Positions 36,172-46,668 of a stretch of DNA of 64,000 bases are shown here, one piece after another (position 1 is the stretch's first letter; each line of letters begins with the position of its first letter). Source of the DNA: Somniosus microcephalus (taxonomy: Eukaryota); assembly GCA_052327205.1 (NCBI GenBank), contig CM126205.1:154070001-154134000 (forward strand), given 5' to 3'. A program made the position numbers and the translations under genes. Under the pieces are notes generated by a model, which saw only the letters and a list, made by a program, of their open reading frames with translations, ran no database searches and was not told where the DNA came from.

Positions 36172-36785
36172 GTTAGCTTCTAAACCCAGTGACTCCCTGT
36201 CTCTCTGTTTTAAGCCGTATTTTGTTAAGTGTTTGCCATCTTACTGACTCCAGTTTGCTGTACCAGTCGATGAGTTGTAAACTGTAAATGTGCCACAACT
36301 CACCTCATTCAGCATTTGACTAGCTGCCTGGGCGAGTTGTCTAGCCAAGCTAATCCATACCAGGAGGGAGGGCAATTCTGCTCATCTTTGAATGGTTGGT
36401 TACAAAGACAGTGCAAGGGGCCTTGGAGTAGATTGTACACCCACCCTGTCACCTGAGGACTGGTGCAGGGCACAGAGGAGCCAAAAGGGAGTGTTTGTTT
36501 GGTGAGGGTGTGGCTCCCTCCTGGGTTCCTCTGTCTCTGGGAGCTAGGCACACCTGCAGCAGAGAGGGAGGGGGATGGTTGGGCAATGTCCTTTCCAGCC
36601 TCCTCTCACTGCTGCTGTCGGCCAGCATGTAGGAAATCCATACGTTGGCTGGAGACTGTCTTGTTTTTCCACCTCCTCAGAAAGATGCTTGGCTTTTGCT
36701 CAGCCTCACCAATGCACTCCCCTCCCCTCTCCCAATGGTGCAGCTGAGGCAGGAAACTCGGCAGAGTGGGAGGAACCAAACACAT

Positions 36786-36847
36786 CTCTGACCAGTGCCA
36801 CCACACCAATGCTCTGACCAGTGCCACCACACCGATGCTCTGACCAG
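36786..36847. repeat. 26-bp tandem repeat x2.4
   Basis: CTCTGACCAGTGCCACCACACC(A/G)ATG. Confidence 0.85.
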
Positions 36848-39800
36848 CAACACTATCTCAAAAGTAACTTTAAATAGATGGAGAACAATATCAGGCTCCA
36901 TCAGTGGAAGTGTCCATGTGGTAATCTGGTTTGAAAGATATTTTAGGGGAGGTTTTCCTGGGAATGTGCCCAGTTGCACTGGATCATGGTGCAGAGAATA
37001 TCGGAACATTGGACATGTGCTCCAACCTGCCCAGGTGATTCAGTGCATCCAGGCGCAGACCCAGGAGACCCTCCACCTGAACCATTATGACACTAATTAA
37101 ATTTAATTAAACCTGAGCTGAAACAAACAGCCATTAGTTACATACTGAACCATTTAACCTCTTGTCTAAACGTATAGGATTCAGGAACGGAAACCTTGGC
37201 CTGTGATTTGTGGTCAGTGGGGAAACAAAGACGTTCGCCGCTGGCCCCGAAGTAAGCTTCCCACAAAGATCTTGCGATCTTTGTGGCGAGCAGTTTGGCT
37301 TTTCCGACGTTCAGTTGAAATCAGTGTAAGTTAATGGGAATCCCTAACGTAAGCTGCTGTGACGTCAACAAGCTGTCTAAGCAGCCAATCACAATGCGGA
37401 ATTCTCACAGACTGGGAACTAGGACGCGAATAAGCTCCTTTTATTCTAACTTTTAAAAAATGTTAGAGAGAGCAAAACAAAGACTGGGGCTCTCACTCGG
37501 GGAAAAGGCAAACCTGAAATAAAGATGAACAAACTTTTTCGTTCGATGTTATTACCCAATTCTGGGCTCTTGGTTTTTTTTTAACCCCCAGCCCTGAGAA
37601 CTGAGTCCAGATGAAGTATTCTCACTGTAGCCTGCCTGAGATAAGCTAACTCAGCACAGACCTCTGATCTTCTCGTCCGCATGGCAGCTACGGTAGCGTA
37701 GTGGTAATGTCACTGGGCTAGTAATCCAGAGTTCAAATCCCACCACGGCAGCTGGGGAATTTAAATTCAGTTAATTAAATCTGGAATAAAAAGCTTGTAT
37801 CAGTAATGCTGATCATGAAACTACTGGATTGTCGTAAAAACCCATCTGGTTCACTAATGTCCTTTAGGAAAGGAAATCTGCCAGCCTTACCTGGTCTGAC
37901 CTATTTGTGACTCCAGACCCACAACAATGTGGTTGACTCTTAACTGCCCTCTGAAATGGCCTAGCAAGCCACTCAGTTGCAACAAACCGCTACGAAACAA
38001 AATAATAAGAATGAAACCAGACAGAACATCCGGCATCGACCTCGGCACCGGCTACAGACACGACAGTGGCACACCCAGCCCAGTCAACCCTGCAAAGTCC
38101 TCCTCACCAACATCTGGGGACTTGTACCAAAATTGGGAGAGCTGTCCCACAGACTAGTCAAGCAACAGCCTGACATAGTCATACTCACAGAATCATACCT
38201 TTCAGCCAATGTCCCAAACTCCTCCATCACCATCCCTGTCCCATCGGCAGGACAAACCCACCAGGGGTGGCGGCACAGTGGTATACAGTCGGGAAGGAGT
38301 GGCCTTGGGAGTCCTCAACATTAACTCCGGACCCCATGAAATCTCATTGCTTCAGGTCAAGCATGGGCAAGGAAACCTCCTGCTGATTACCACCTACCGC
38401 CCTCCCTCAGCTGATGAATCAGTACTCCTCCATGTTGAACACCACTTGGAAGAAGTACTGAGAGTAACGAGGGCACAGAATGTACTCTGGGTGGGTGACT
38501 TCAATGTCCATCACCAAGAGTGGCTTGGTAGCACCACTACTAACCGAGCTGGCTGAGTCCTGAATGACATAACTACCAGTCTGGGCCTGCGACAGGTGGT
38601 GAGTGAACCAACACAAGGGGGAAAACCTACTTGACCTCGTCCTCACCAATCTACCTGTCACAGATGCATCTGTCCATGACAGCATTGGTGGCAGTGACCA
38701 CCACACAGTCATTGTGGAGACGAAGTCCCGTCTTCACACTGAGGAACACCCTCCATCGTGTTGTGTGGCACTACCACCGTGCTAAATGGGATAGATTCAG
38801 AACAGATCTCGCAGCTGAAAACTGGACATCCATGAGGTGCTGTGGGCCATCAGCAGCAGCAGAATTGTATTCCACCACAATCTATAACCTCATGGCCTGG
38901 CATATCCCTCACTCTACCATTACCATCAAGCCAGGGGACCAACCCTGGTTCAATAAGGAGTGTAAAAGTGCATGCCAGGAGCAGCACCAGGCGTACCTAC
39001 AAATGAGGTGCCAACCTGGGGAAGCTGCAACACAGGACTACATGCATGCTAAAAAGTGTAAGCAGCATGCTATAGATAGGGCTAAGTGATCCCACAATCA
39101 ACGGATCAGATCAAAGCTCTGCAGTCCTGCCGCATCCAGTCGGGAATGGTGGTGGACCATGAAACAACTAACGGGAGGAAGAGGCGCCATGAATATCCCC
39201 ATCCTCAATGATGGTGGAGCCCAGCACGTGAGTGCAAAAGACAAGGCTGAAGCGTTTGCAACCATCTTCAGCCAAAAGTGCCTAGTGGATGATCCATATC
39301 GGCCTACTCCTGAGATCTCCACCATCACAGAAGCCAGTCTTCAGCCAATTCGATTCACTCCACGTGATATCAAGAAACGGCTGAGCGTACTGGATACAGC
39401 AAAGGCTATGGGCCCCGACAACATCCCGGCTACCATGCTGAAGACTTATACTCCAGAACTAGCAGCGCCTCTAGCCAAGCAGTTCCAGTACAGCTACAAC
39501 ACTGGCATCTATCCGACAATGTGGAAAACTGCCCAGGTATGCCCTGTCCACAAAAAGCTGGACAAATCCAACCCGATCAATTACCGCCCCATCAGCCTAC
39601 TCCCAATCATCAGCAAAGTGATGGAAGGTGTCATCGACAGTGTTATCAAGCGGCACTTACTCACCAAAAACCTGCTCACTGATGCCCAGTTTGGGTTCCG
39701 CCAAGACCACTTGGCTCCCGACCTCATTACAGTCTTGGTCCAAACATGGACAATTGAGCTGAATTCTAGAGGTGAGGTGAGAGTGACTGCCCTTGACACC

Positions 39801-41006
39801 AAGGCAGCATTTGACGGAGTATGGCATCAAGGAGCCCTAATAAAACTGAAGTCAATGATAATCGGGGGGAAAATGCTCCACTGGCTGGAGTCATACCTAG
39901 CACAAAGGAAGATGTTTGTGGTGGTTGAAGGTCAATCATCACAGCCCCAGTACATCGCTGCAGGAGTTCCTAGGCCCAACCATCTTCAGCTGCTTCATCA
40001 ATGACCTTCCCTCCAACATAAGGTCAGAAATGGGGATGTTCGTTGATGACTACACAGTGTTCAGCGCCATTCACAACTCATCAGATAATGAAGCAGTCCA
40101 TGCCCGCATGCAACAAGACCTGGACGACGTTCAGGCTTGAGCTGATAAGTGGCAAGTAACATTCACGCCACAGAAGTGCCAGGCAATGACTATCTCCAAC
40201 AAGCGAGAGTCTAACCACCTCCCCTTGACATTCAATGGCATTACCATCGCCGAATCCCCCACCATCAACATCCTGACCAGAAACTTAACTGGACTAGCCA
40301 CATAAATACTGTGGCAACAAGAGCAGGTCAGAGGCTAGGTATTCTGCGGTGAGTGTCTCCCTTCCTGACTCCCCAAATCTTTTCCACCATCGACAAGGTA
40401 CAAGTAAGGAGTGTGATGGAATTCTCTCCCGTTGCCTGGATGAGTGCAGCTCCAACAACACTTGAGAAGCTCGACACAAAGCAGCCCGCTTGATTGGCAC
40501 CCCATCCACCAGCTTAAACATTCACTCCCTCCACCACCGGCGTACCATGGCTGCAGTGTGCACTATCTACAAGATGCACTGCAGCAACTCGCCAAGGCTT
40601 CTTCGGCAGCAGCTCCCAAACCTGCGAACTCCACCACCTGGAAGGACAAGGGCAGCAGGTGCATGAGAACACCACCACCCCCAAGTTCCTCTCCAAGTCA
40701 CACACCATCCTGACTTAGAAGTATATCGCTGATCCTTCTTCATCGCTGGGTCAAAATCCTCGAACTCCCTCCCTAACAGCACTGTGGGAGTACCTTCACC
40801 ACACGGACTGCAGCGGTTCATAAATAGAGGCATAGAGTACAAAAGCAAGGAAGTTATGATGAACCTTTTGTGGTAAACCACTGTTATAGTTATCACTGTA
40901 TATTGTTCTCACTGTTCTCACTGTCACATCACTACACGAGGTCGCCTCTTGTCGCACTGTTATACCTGGGCTGACCACCTCCGACTCCGCCCATTACCTG
41001 CCCAGG

Positions 41007-41089
41007 TATAAAGGTAGCTGACTGGCTAGTATTCCTCCCTGTTGGATCGGATCACCCACGAGGGTGGGCTCTGTTATTTAGCCAATAAA
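41007..41089 (+). promoter_or_regulatory. LTR TATA box (TATAAA at 41007) and polyA signal (AATAAA at 41084)
   Basis: Motifs in the expected U3/R order, preceded by a GC box (CTCCGCCC). Confidence 0.6.
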
Positions 41090-41171
41090 AACCTTCAGTT
41101 ACGTTCTTAACTCGTCGCCTTTTATTGGACTAATTGATAGGCATATCAATTTTATTGGCTAAATTTTAAAG

Positions 41172-44100
41172 ATGTCTGATAATGAACAGCAACAGCAAGG
41201 AGCTCACCCAGCAGCACAGCAACAGCAGCCTCCAGACAACGGGCCACACCAGCCGGCTTGGCTGCAAGCCTTGAAACCACCATACCTGGATCTAAACCCA
41301 CAGGCACCAAACTCAGCCAACGACTTCAAACACTGGCTGGACTGCTTCGAATCGTACCTGGAGGAAGCCGTCGTCCCTCAGAGATCCAAACTAAGAGTCC
41401 TGAAAGCCCAAGCGAGCCCGAGAGTATATACACTCATCCAGGACATGACTACGTACGACGACGCCATCAACCTACTGAAACAGCAGTACCGGAGCCCGGT
41501 AAACTACATGTACACTAGGCATCTCTTAAGATCTCGCCAGCAACAGCCAGGAGAATCGATAGCTGAATTTTCACGAGCGCTGAGACAACTCGGCAGGAAC
41601 TGTGACTTTAAAGCGGTGACGGCTACTGCGAACATGGAAGACAATGTCCGCAACGCCTTGGTGAGAGGCCTACGTTCCGACTACACACGGCAAAGACTGC
41701 TTGAAGCTAAGGACATAGACCTGGACAAGGCCGAAGCCCTCGCCCTCACCCTAGAGGCCACCCAGCAAGACCAGGAAGCGTTTGCCAGGTACTATTCGCG
41801 ACCCTGGGACTCGGGCCCGACCCCCACCCCACCACCCTTCATAGCGCTGCCCCCGGGACCTACCTCAGCGTCTGCATCACGGATCCGACCGGGCCCGCTA
41901 GCCCCGGTACCGGCCCCGACATCAGGCAACCCCGATCGGGCCGCTGGCTGCTTCTTTTGCGGCCAGGAGAAGCATCCGAGGTCGCGCTGCCCAGCCAAAA
42001 ACTCGACCTGCAAAACCTGCCTCAAGAAAGGCCACTTCTCCAAGGCCTGCAGAAGCAAATCCTCAGAAGCCAGCAGTGCCTCATGCGAACCCTGGGGGCG
42101 GCCATCTTTGTGCGGGGCAGCCGAAGCCTGCAGAGCCTCATGGGAACAGCAGGGGCGGCCATCTTTGTGCGGGGCAAACGATTTAAACAGAGCCTCATGT
42201 GAACTACGGGGGCCGCCATCTTCGCCGCCATCTTGTCATGACAACGACGCGCTCATCTACACCCTAGCTTCCGTGACCCTGGATCAAGCCCGCCCGCACC
42301 ACCTGGCCAGCTCAATGATGGACATCAAAGTCAACGGCCACGCCACGACCTGCCTGTTCGACAGCGGAAGCACGGAGAGCTTCATCCACCCAGACACGGT
42401 GAGCCACTACTCCCTCCCCGTCCTGCCAACGCGCAGCCGCATCTCGATGGCATCGAGGTCGCACGCCACAGACATCAGCGGCTACTGTGTCGTGACATTG
42501 TCGGTTAAAGGGACAGAGTATAAAAATTTTAAACTCCTCGTACTCCCCCAGCTGTGCGCTGCCGTCATACTAGGGCTGGACTTCCAATCCCACCTCCAAA
42601 GTGTAACCCTAGCATACGGTGGACCCCTCCCCCCACTCACAGTCGACAACCAGCGAAAGTTAAACCGCCCACCGCGTAACACCTGCAGCCTATCCACCCT
42701 CAAGGTACCGCCACCTTCCCTGTTCGCTAACCTCACCCCCGACTGCAAACCTGTCGCTACTAAGAGCAGGCGGTACAGCGCTGGGGACAGAGCCTTCATT
42801 AGCTCTGAGGTGCAGCGACTCCTGAAAGAGGGCATTATTGAGGGGAGCAGCAGCCCCTGGCGTGCCCAGGTGGTGGTAGTCAAGACCGGCGACAAAAATC
42901 GCCTGGTTATCGACTACAGCCAGACCATAAACAGATACACCCAGCTGGACGCATACCCCCTCCCCCGCATATCGGACATGGTCAATGAGATTGCACAATA
43001 CCGCGTATTCTCGACCATCGACCTCAAGTCGGCCTACCACCAACTCCCCATCAGCCCGGAGGACAGCCAGTACACCGCCTTCGAGGCGAATGGCCGCCTC
43101 TACCAATTCCTTAGGGTCCCCTTTGGTGTCACCAACGGGGTCTCGGTTTTCCAACGGGAGATGGACCGGATGGTTGACCAGAACGGACTACAGGCCACTT
43201 TCCCCTATCTCGATAACGTCACCATCTGCGGCCGCAACCGGCAGGACCATGACGTGAATCTGGAGAAATTCCTCCGTACGGCCCAACGGCTGAACCTCAC
43301 CTACAATAAGGAGAAATGCGTGTTTAACACAGCGCGCCTTGCCATCCTTGGCTGTGTAGTAGAGAACGGAGTCATCGGCCCCGACCCCGAAAGAATGCGC
43401 CCCCTCATGGAGCTACCCCTCCCCCACTGTCCAAAAGCACTTAGGAGAACCCTGGGGCTTTTCGCCTACTATGCCCAATGGGTACCCAATTATGCGGACA
43501 AAGCCAGACCCCTCCTGAAAACCACATCCTTCCCCCTCACGGAAGAGGCGTGCGCGGCCTTCTCCCTCATTAAGGGAGACATAGCCAAGGCCACAATGCA
43601 CGCAGTGGATGAGTCAATCCCCTTCCAAGTGGAGAGCGATGCATCCGACTTCGCCCTAGCCGCTACCCTTAACCAGGAGGGTAGGCCGGTAGCCTTCTTC
43701 TCAAGGACCCTACAGGGCCCCGAGACCCGACACTCGTCGGTCGAGAAGGAAGCCCAGGCAATTGTGGAAGCAGTACGGCGCTGGAGGCACTACTTGGCAG
43801 GCAAACGATTTACCCTCCTCACCGACCAACGCTCGGTTGCCTTCATGTTTAATAACAAGCTGAGGGGCAAGATCAAGAACGACAAAATCTTGAGGTGGAG
43901 AATCGAGCTTTCCACCTATGATTATGAGATCTTGTACCGGCCCGGTAAACTGAACGACCCCCCTGATGCTCTTTCACGCATTACATGCGCCAGCGCGCAA
44001 AGTGATAGACTTCAGACCCTCCACAATGACCTCTGCCACCCCGGAGTCACCAGACTCTACCATTTCATTAAGGCCCGCAACCTGCCATACTCCATCGAGG

Positions 44101-45041
44101 AGGTCAGGACCATGACCAGGAACTGCCAGATCTGTGCTGAGTGCAAACCGCACTTCTATAAGCCGGACAGAGCAAGCCTGATCAAGGCCACCCGCCCCTT
44201 CGAGCGTCTGAGCATCGACTTCAAGGGGCCCCTACCGTCATCCGACCGTAATGTGTACTTCCTCAACATCGTTGATGAGTACTCCCGTTTCCCCTTTGCC
44301 TTCCCCTGCCCAGACATGACCAGTAACACGGTCATTAAATGCCTGAACAAACTCTTCGCCTTGTTCGGGTTCCCGAACTATATACATAGTGACCGGGGCG
44401 CCTCCTTCATGAGCGAGGAACTCCGTCAGTTCCTATTGGAGAGGGGTATTGCAGCAAGCAGGACCACCAGCTACAACCCCCGAGGGAACGGCCAGGTGGA
44501 AAGAGAGAACGCGACGGTATGGAAGGCCACCCTCTTAGCCTTAAAGTCTAAGGGCCTCCCAACCTCCCGCTGGCAAGAGGTCCTCCCGATTGCGCTGCAC
44601 TCCATCCGGTCACTACTTTGCACTGCCATTAACACCACCCCCCATGCCCGAATGTTTGTCTTCCCCAGGAAGTCGACTACGGGAACCACCCTACCAACCT
44701 GGCTGACCTCTCCGGGACCCGTCTTGCTGCGAAAGCACGTGAGGGCCCATAAAACGGACCCCCTGGTCGAGAAGGTGAACCTCCTGCACGCCAACCCCCA
44801 GTACGCCTATGTGGCTTACCCAGACGGACGGGAGGACACTGTCTCCTTACGAGACCTCGCACCCTCACCCCCCCCTCCCAACCCCCCGAGTCCAGCCGAG
44901 GTAGACGGCATGCCGGAACCCCACGAGCCTTTGCCGACTACGCAGACACCAGCTTTAACACCGGATAATGTAACACCGCCGCTGCGACGATCGGAGAGGC
45001 TAACGAAGCCTCCGGACAGACTGACATACCAGAGCTGGTAA
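41172..45041 (+). CDS. Gypsy Gag-Pol polyprotein, 1289 aa
   Basis: Two CCHC knuckles, protease LFDSGS, RT (IDLKSAYHQ, PFGV, YLDN), RNase H (SDAS, EKEA, TDQ), integrase (HHCC, DFKGP, SDRG, VERE); order PR-RT-RH-IN. Confidence 0.96.
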   Translation: MSDNEQQQQGAHPAAQQQQPPDNGPHQPAWLQALKPPYLDLNPQAPNSANDFKHWLDCFESYLEEAVVPQRSKLRVLKAQASPRVYTLIQDMTTYDDAINLLKQQYRSPVNYMYTRHLLRSRQQQPGESIAEFSRALRQLGRNCDFKAVTATANMEDNVRNALVRGLRSDYTRQRLLEAKDIDLDKAEALALTLEATQQDQEAFARYYSRPWDSGPTPTPPPFIALPPGPTSASASRIRPGPLAPVPAPTSGNPDRAAGCFFCGQEKHPRSRCPAKNSTCKTCLKKGHFSKACRSKSSEASSASCEPWGRPSLCGAAEACRASWEQQGRPSLCGANDLNRASCELRGPPSSPPSCHDNDALIYTLASVTLDQARPHHLASSMMDIKVNGHATTCLFDSGSTESFIHPDTVSHYSLPVLPTRSRISMASRSHATDISGYCVVTLSVKGTEYKNFKLLVLPQLCAAVILGLDFQSHLQSVTLAYGGPLPPLTVDNQRKLNRPPRNTCSLSTLKVPPPSLFANLTPDCKPVATKSRRYSAGDRAFISSEVQRLLKEGIIEGSSSPWRAQVVVVKTGDKNRLVIDYSQTINRYTQLDAYPLPRISDMVNEIAQYRVFSTIDLKSAYHQLPISPEDSQYTAFEANGRLYQFLRVPFGVTNGVSVFQREMDRMVDQNGLQATFPYLDNVTICGRNRQDHDVNLEKFLRTAQRLNLTYNKEKCVFNTARLAILGCVVENGVIGPDPERMRPLMELPLPHCPKALRRTLGLFAYYAQWVPNYADKARPLLKTTSFPLTEEACAAFSLIKGDIAKATMHAVDESIPFQVESDASDFALAATLNQEGRPVAFFSRTLQGPETRHSSVEKEAQAIVEAVRRWRHYLAGKRFTLLTDQRSVAFMFNNKLRGKIKNDKILRWRIELSTYDYEILYRPGKLNDPPDALSRITCASAQSDRLQTLHNDLCHPGVTRLYHFIKARNLPYSIEEVRTMTRNCQICAECKPHFYKPDRASLIKATRPFERLSIDFKGPLPSSDRNVYFLNIVDEYSRFPFAFPCPDMTSNTVIKCLNKLFALFGFPNYIHSDRGASFMSEELRQFLLERGIAASRTTSYNPRGNGQVERENATVWKATLLALKSKGLPTSRWQEVLPIALHSIRSLLCTAINTTPHARMFVFPRKSTTGTTLPTWLTSPGPVLLRKHVRAHKTDPLVEKVNLLHANPQYAYVAYPDGREDTVSLRDLAPSPPPPNPPSPAEVDGMPEPHEPLPTTQTPALTPDNVTPPLRRSERLTKPPDRLTYQSW

Positions 45042-46517
45042 TACACTTCACCCCGCCGGACTCTAATCTAAACAAGGGGTGAATGTGGTAAACCACTGTT
45101 ATAGTTATCACTGTATATTGTTCTCACTGTTCTCACTGTCACATCACTACACGAGGTCGCCTCTTGTCGCACTGTTATACCTGGGCTGACCACCTCCGAC
45201 TCCGCCCATTACCTGCCCAGGTATAAAGGTAGCTGACTGGCTAGTATTCCTCCCTGTTGGATCGGATCACCCACGAGGGTGGGCTCTGTTATTTAGCCAA
45301 TAAAAACCTTCAGTTACGTTCTTAACTCGTCGCCTTTTATTGGACTAATTGATAGGCATATCACCTTTATAAAACACTGGTTCGGCCTCAACTGGAGTAT
45401 TGTATCCAATTCTGGGCACTGCACTTTAGGAAGGATGTGAAGGCTTTAGAGAGGGTGCAGAAAAGATTTATAAGAATGGTTCCAGGGGTGAGGGACTTCA
45501 GTTACAGTTACGTGGATAGACTGGAGAAGCTGGGGTTGTTCTTCTTAGAGCAGAGATGATTGAGAGGAGATTTTATAGAGGTGTTCAAAATCATGACGGG
45601 TCTAGACAGAGTAGATAGAGAGAAACTGTTCCCATTGGCGAAAGGGTCGAGAACCAGAGGACACAGATTTAAGGTGATTGGCAGAATAACCAAAGGTGAT
45701 GTAAGAAAAATCTTTTATACTCAGCGAGTGGTTATGATCTGGAATGCACTGCCTGAAAGGGTGGTGGAGGCAGACTCAATCGTGGCTTTCAAAATGGAAT
45801 TGGATAAATGCTTGAAAGAAAAGAAATTGCAGGGCTACGGGGAAAAGGTGGGACTAGCTGAAGTGCTTTTGCAGAGAGCCAGCACGGGCCGAATGGCCTC
45901 CTTCTATGCTTTAACCATTCTATGATTCTATGGTTCAAGAAGGCGGCTCACCACCACCTTCTCGAGGGCAATTGGGGATGGGCAATAAATGCTGGCCTTG
46001 CCAGCGACGCCCACATCCCATAAACGAATAAAAAAAACTTCTACCAACTGAGCCACTGGAGGAGCATTGCTGCTGTAAAATTGTGAAGTACATGCAACAA
46101 AGCCCAAGTCCTGAGAATGAGCATGGTCGAGTACCGTGGAGCGCAGCATTATTGACTGTAGGACCAGTTCAACTCACTGACACTTGAATTCACACTCTAA
46201 TTTTAAATAGCGCTGGTGAGAGGAGCATATGGCAAGTGTGACCCCAGCTGGTAACTTCCTCCACGCTCAGGCAGCCAGGCGATGCCAGTGCACCAGCACT
46301 GCACACACTGCTGATTAAAATTTAAAGTGCCGCTCAGCCTGGGACACGGTTGCAACAATCAACACCGTGGTTTTAAAAAACTTATTTGGACTAATGTGTT
46401 GCAGGAAAATTGCAAACATTTTTTAGCTTGTATCACAAAATGACTTAGTCATTTTTATTTTTAAATTAATTAGAAAATAGAACTACCTTTTACAAAAACA
46501 TGTTTTCCCATTTTTAG

Positions 46518-46668
46518 ACATGTAATTGATTGGCTGAAAGCAAAATTCCAAGGAAGCGAAAGGGCGGATGATCCAGATAGTGATGCTGATGATGTTATTC
46601 AGACACACCTGTGCAAAGCAGTGAGCAGCAGTGAAGCAATCGATGTGCTTGTGCACATCTGTGTAAAG
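46518..46668 (+). CDS. MCM3AP: MCM3AP/GANP exon (HVIDWLKAKFQG...VLVHICVK)
   Basis: ccatttttAG and AAG|GTAAGG; matches human LANWLKVKFMG...VNVCIK; phase 2-0. Confidence 0.93.

Larger units (their letters stand above)
40869..45363 (+). mobile_element. Intact Ty3/Gypsy LTR retrotransposon
   Basis: 280-bp LTRs (40869-41148 and 45084-45363), TG..CA, identical by eye; TSD CCTTT; PPT AAACAAGGGGTGAA; single gag-pol ORF. Confidence 0.97.
40821..45931 (+). mobile_element. CR1 3' fragment (40821-40868 + 45364-45931) hosting the Gypsy insertion
   Basis: KEVMMN|LYKTLVRPQLEY is contiguous once the Gypsy is removed; (ATTCTATG)n tail; TSD GGTTCA at 40815-40820 and 45932-45937. Confidence 0.88.
37683..46037 (+). 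mobile_element. Full-length ORF1-less LINE (APE+RT, CR1/L2 group) with tRNA-derived head; nested insertions at 40821-45931
   Basis: A box 37694-37704, B box 37731-37739; APE motifs (LTES, YRPPS, VGDFN, SDH); RT motifs (NYRPISLL, QFGFR, FVDD); tail resumes at 45932 and ends CGAATAAAAAAAA. Confidence 0.85.

Noticed and set aside
37261-37286. Hairpin CCACAAAGATC-TTGC-GATCTTTGTGG as terminator or miRNA
   Set aside because: 11-bp stem is too short for a pre-miRNA, and terminator logic does not apply; probably part of an unclassified repeat.
37683-37750. tRNA gene
   Set aside because: Has A/B boxes but no full cloverleaf and continues into retroposon sequence. The same applies to the heads near 7450 and 8480.
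41258-45046. Alternative-frame and antisense ORFs within the Gypsy element (possible env or accessory genes)
   Set aside because: Short shadows of GC-rich gag-pol; only 42 nt lie between the pol stop and the 3' LTR, so there is no env.
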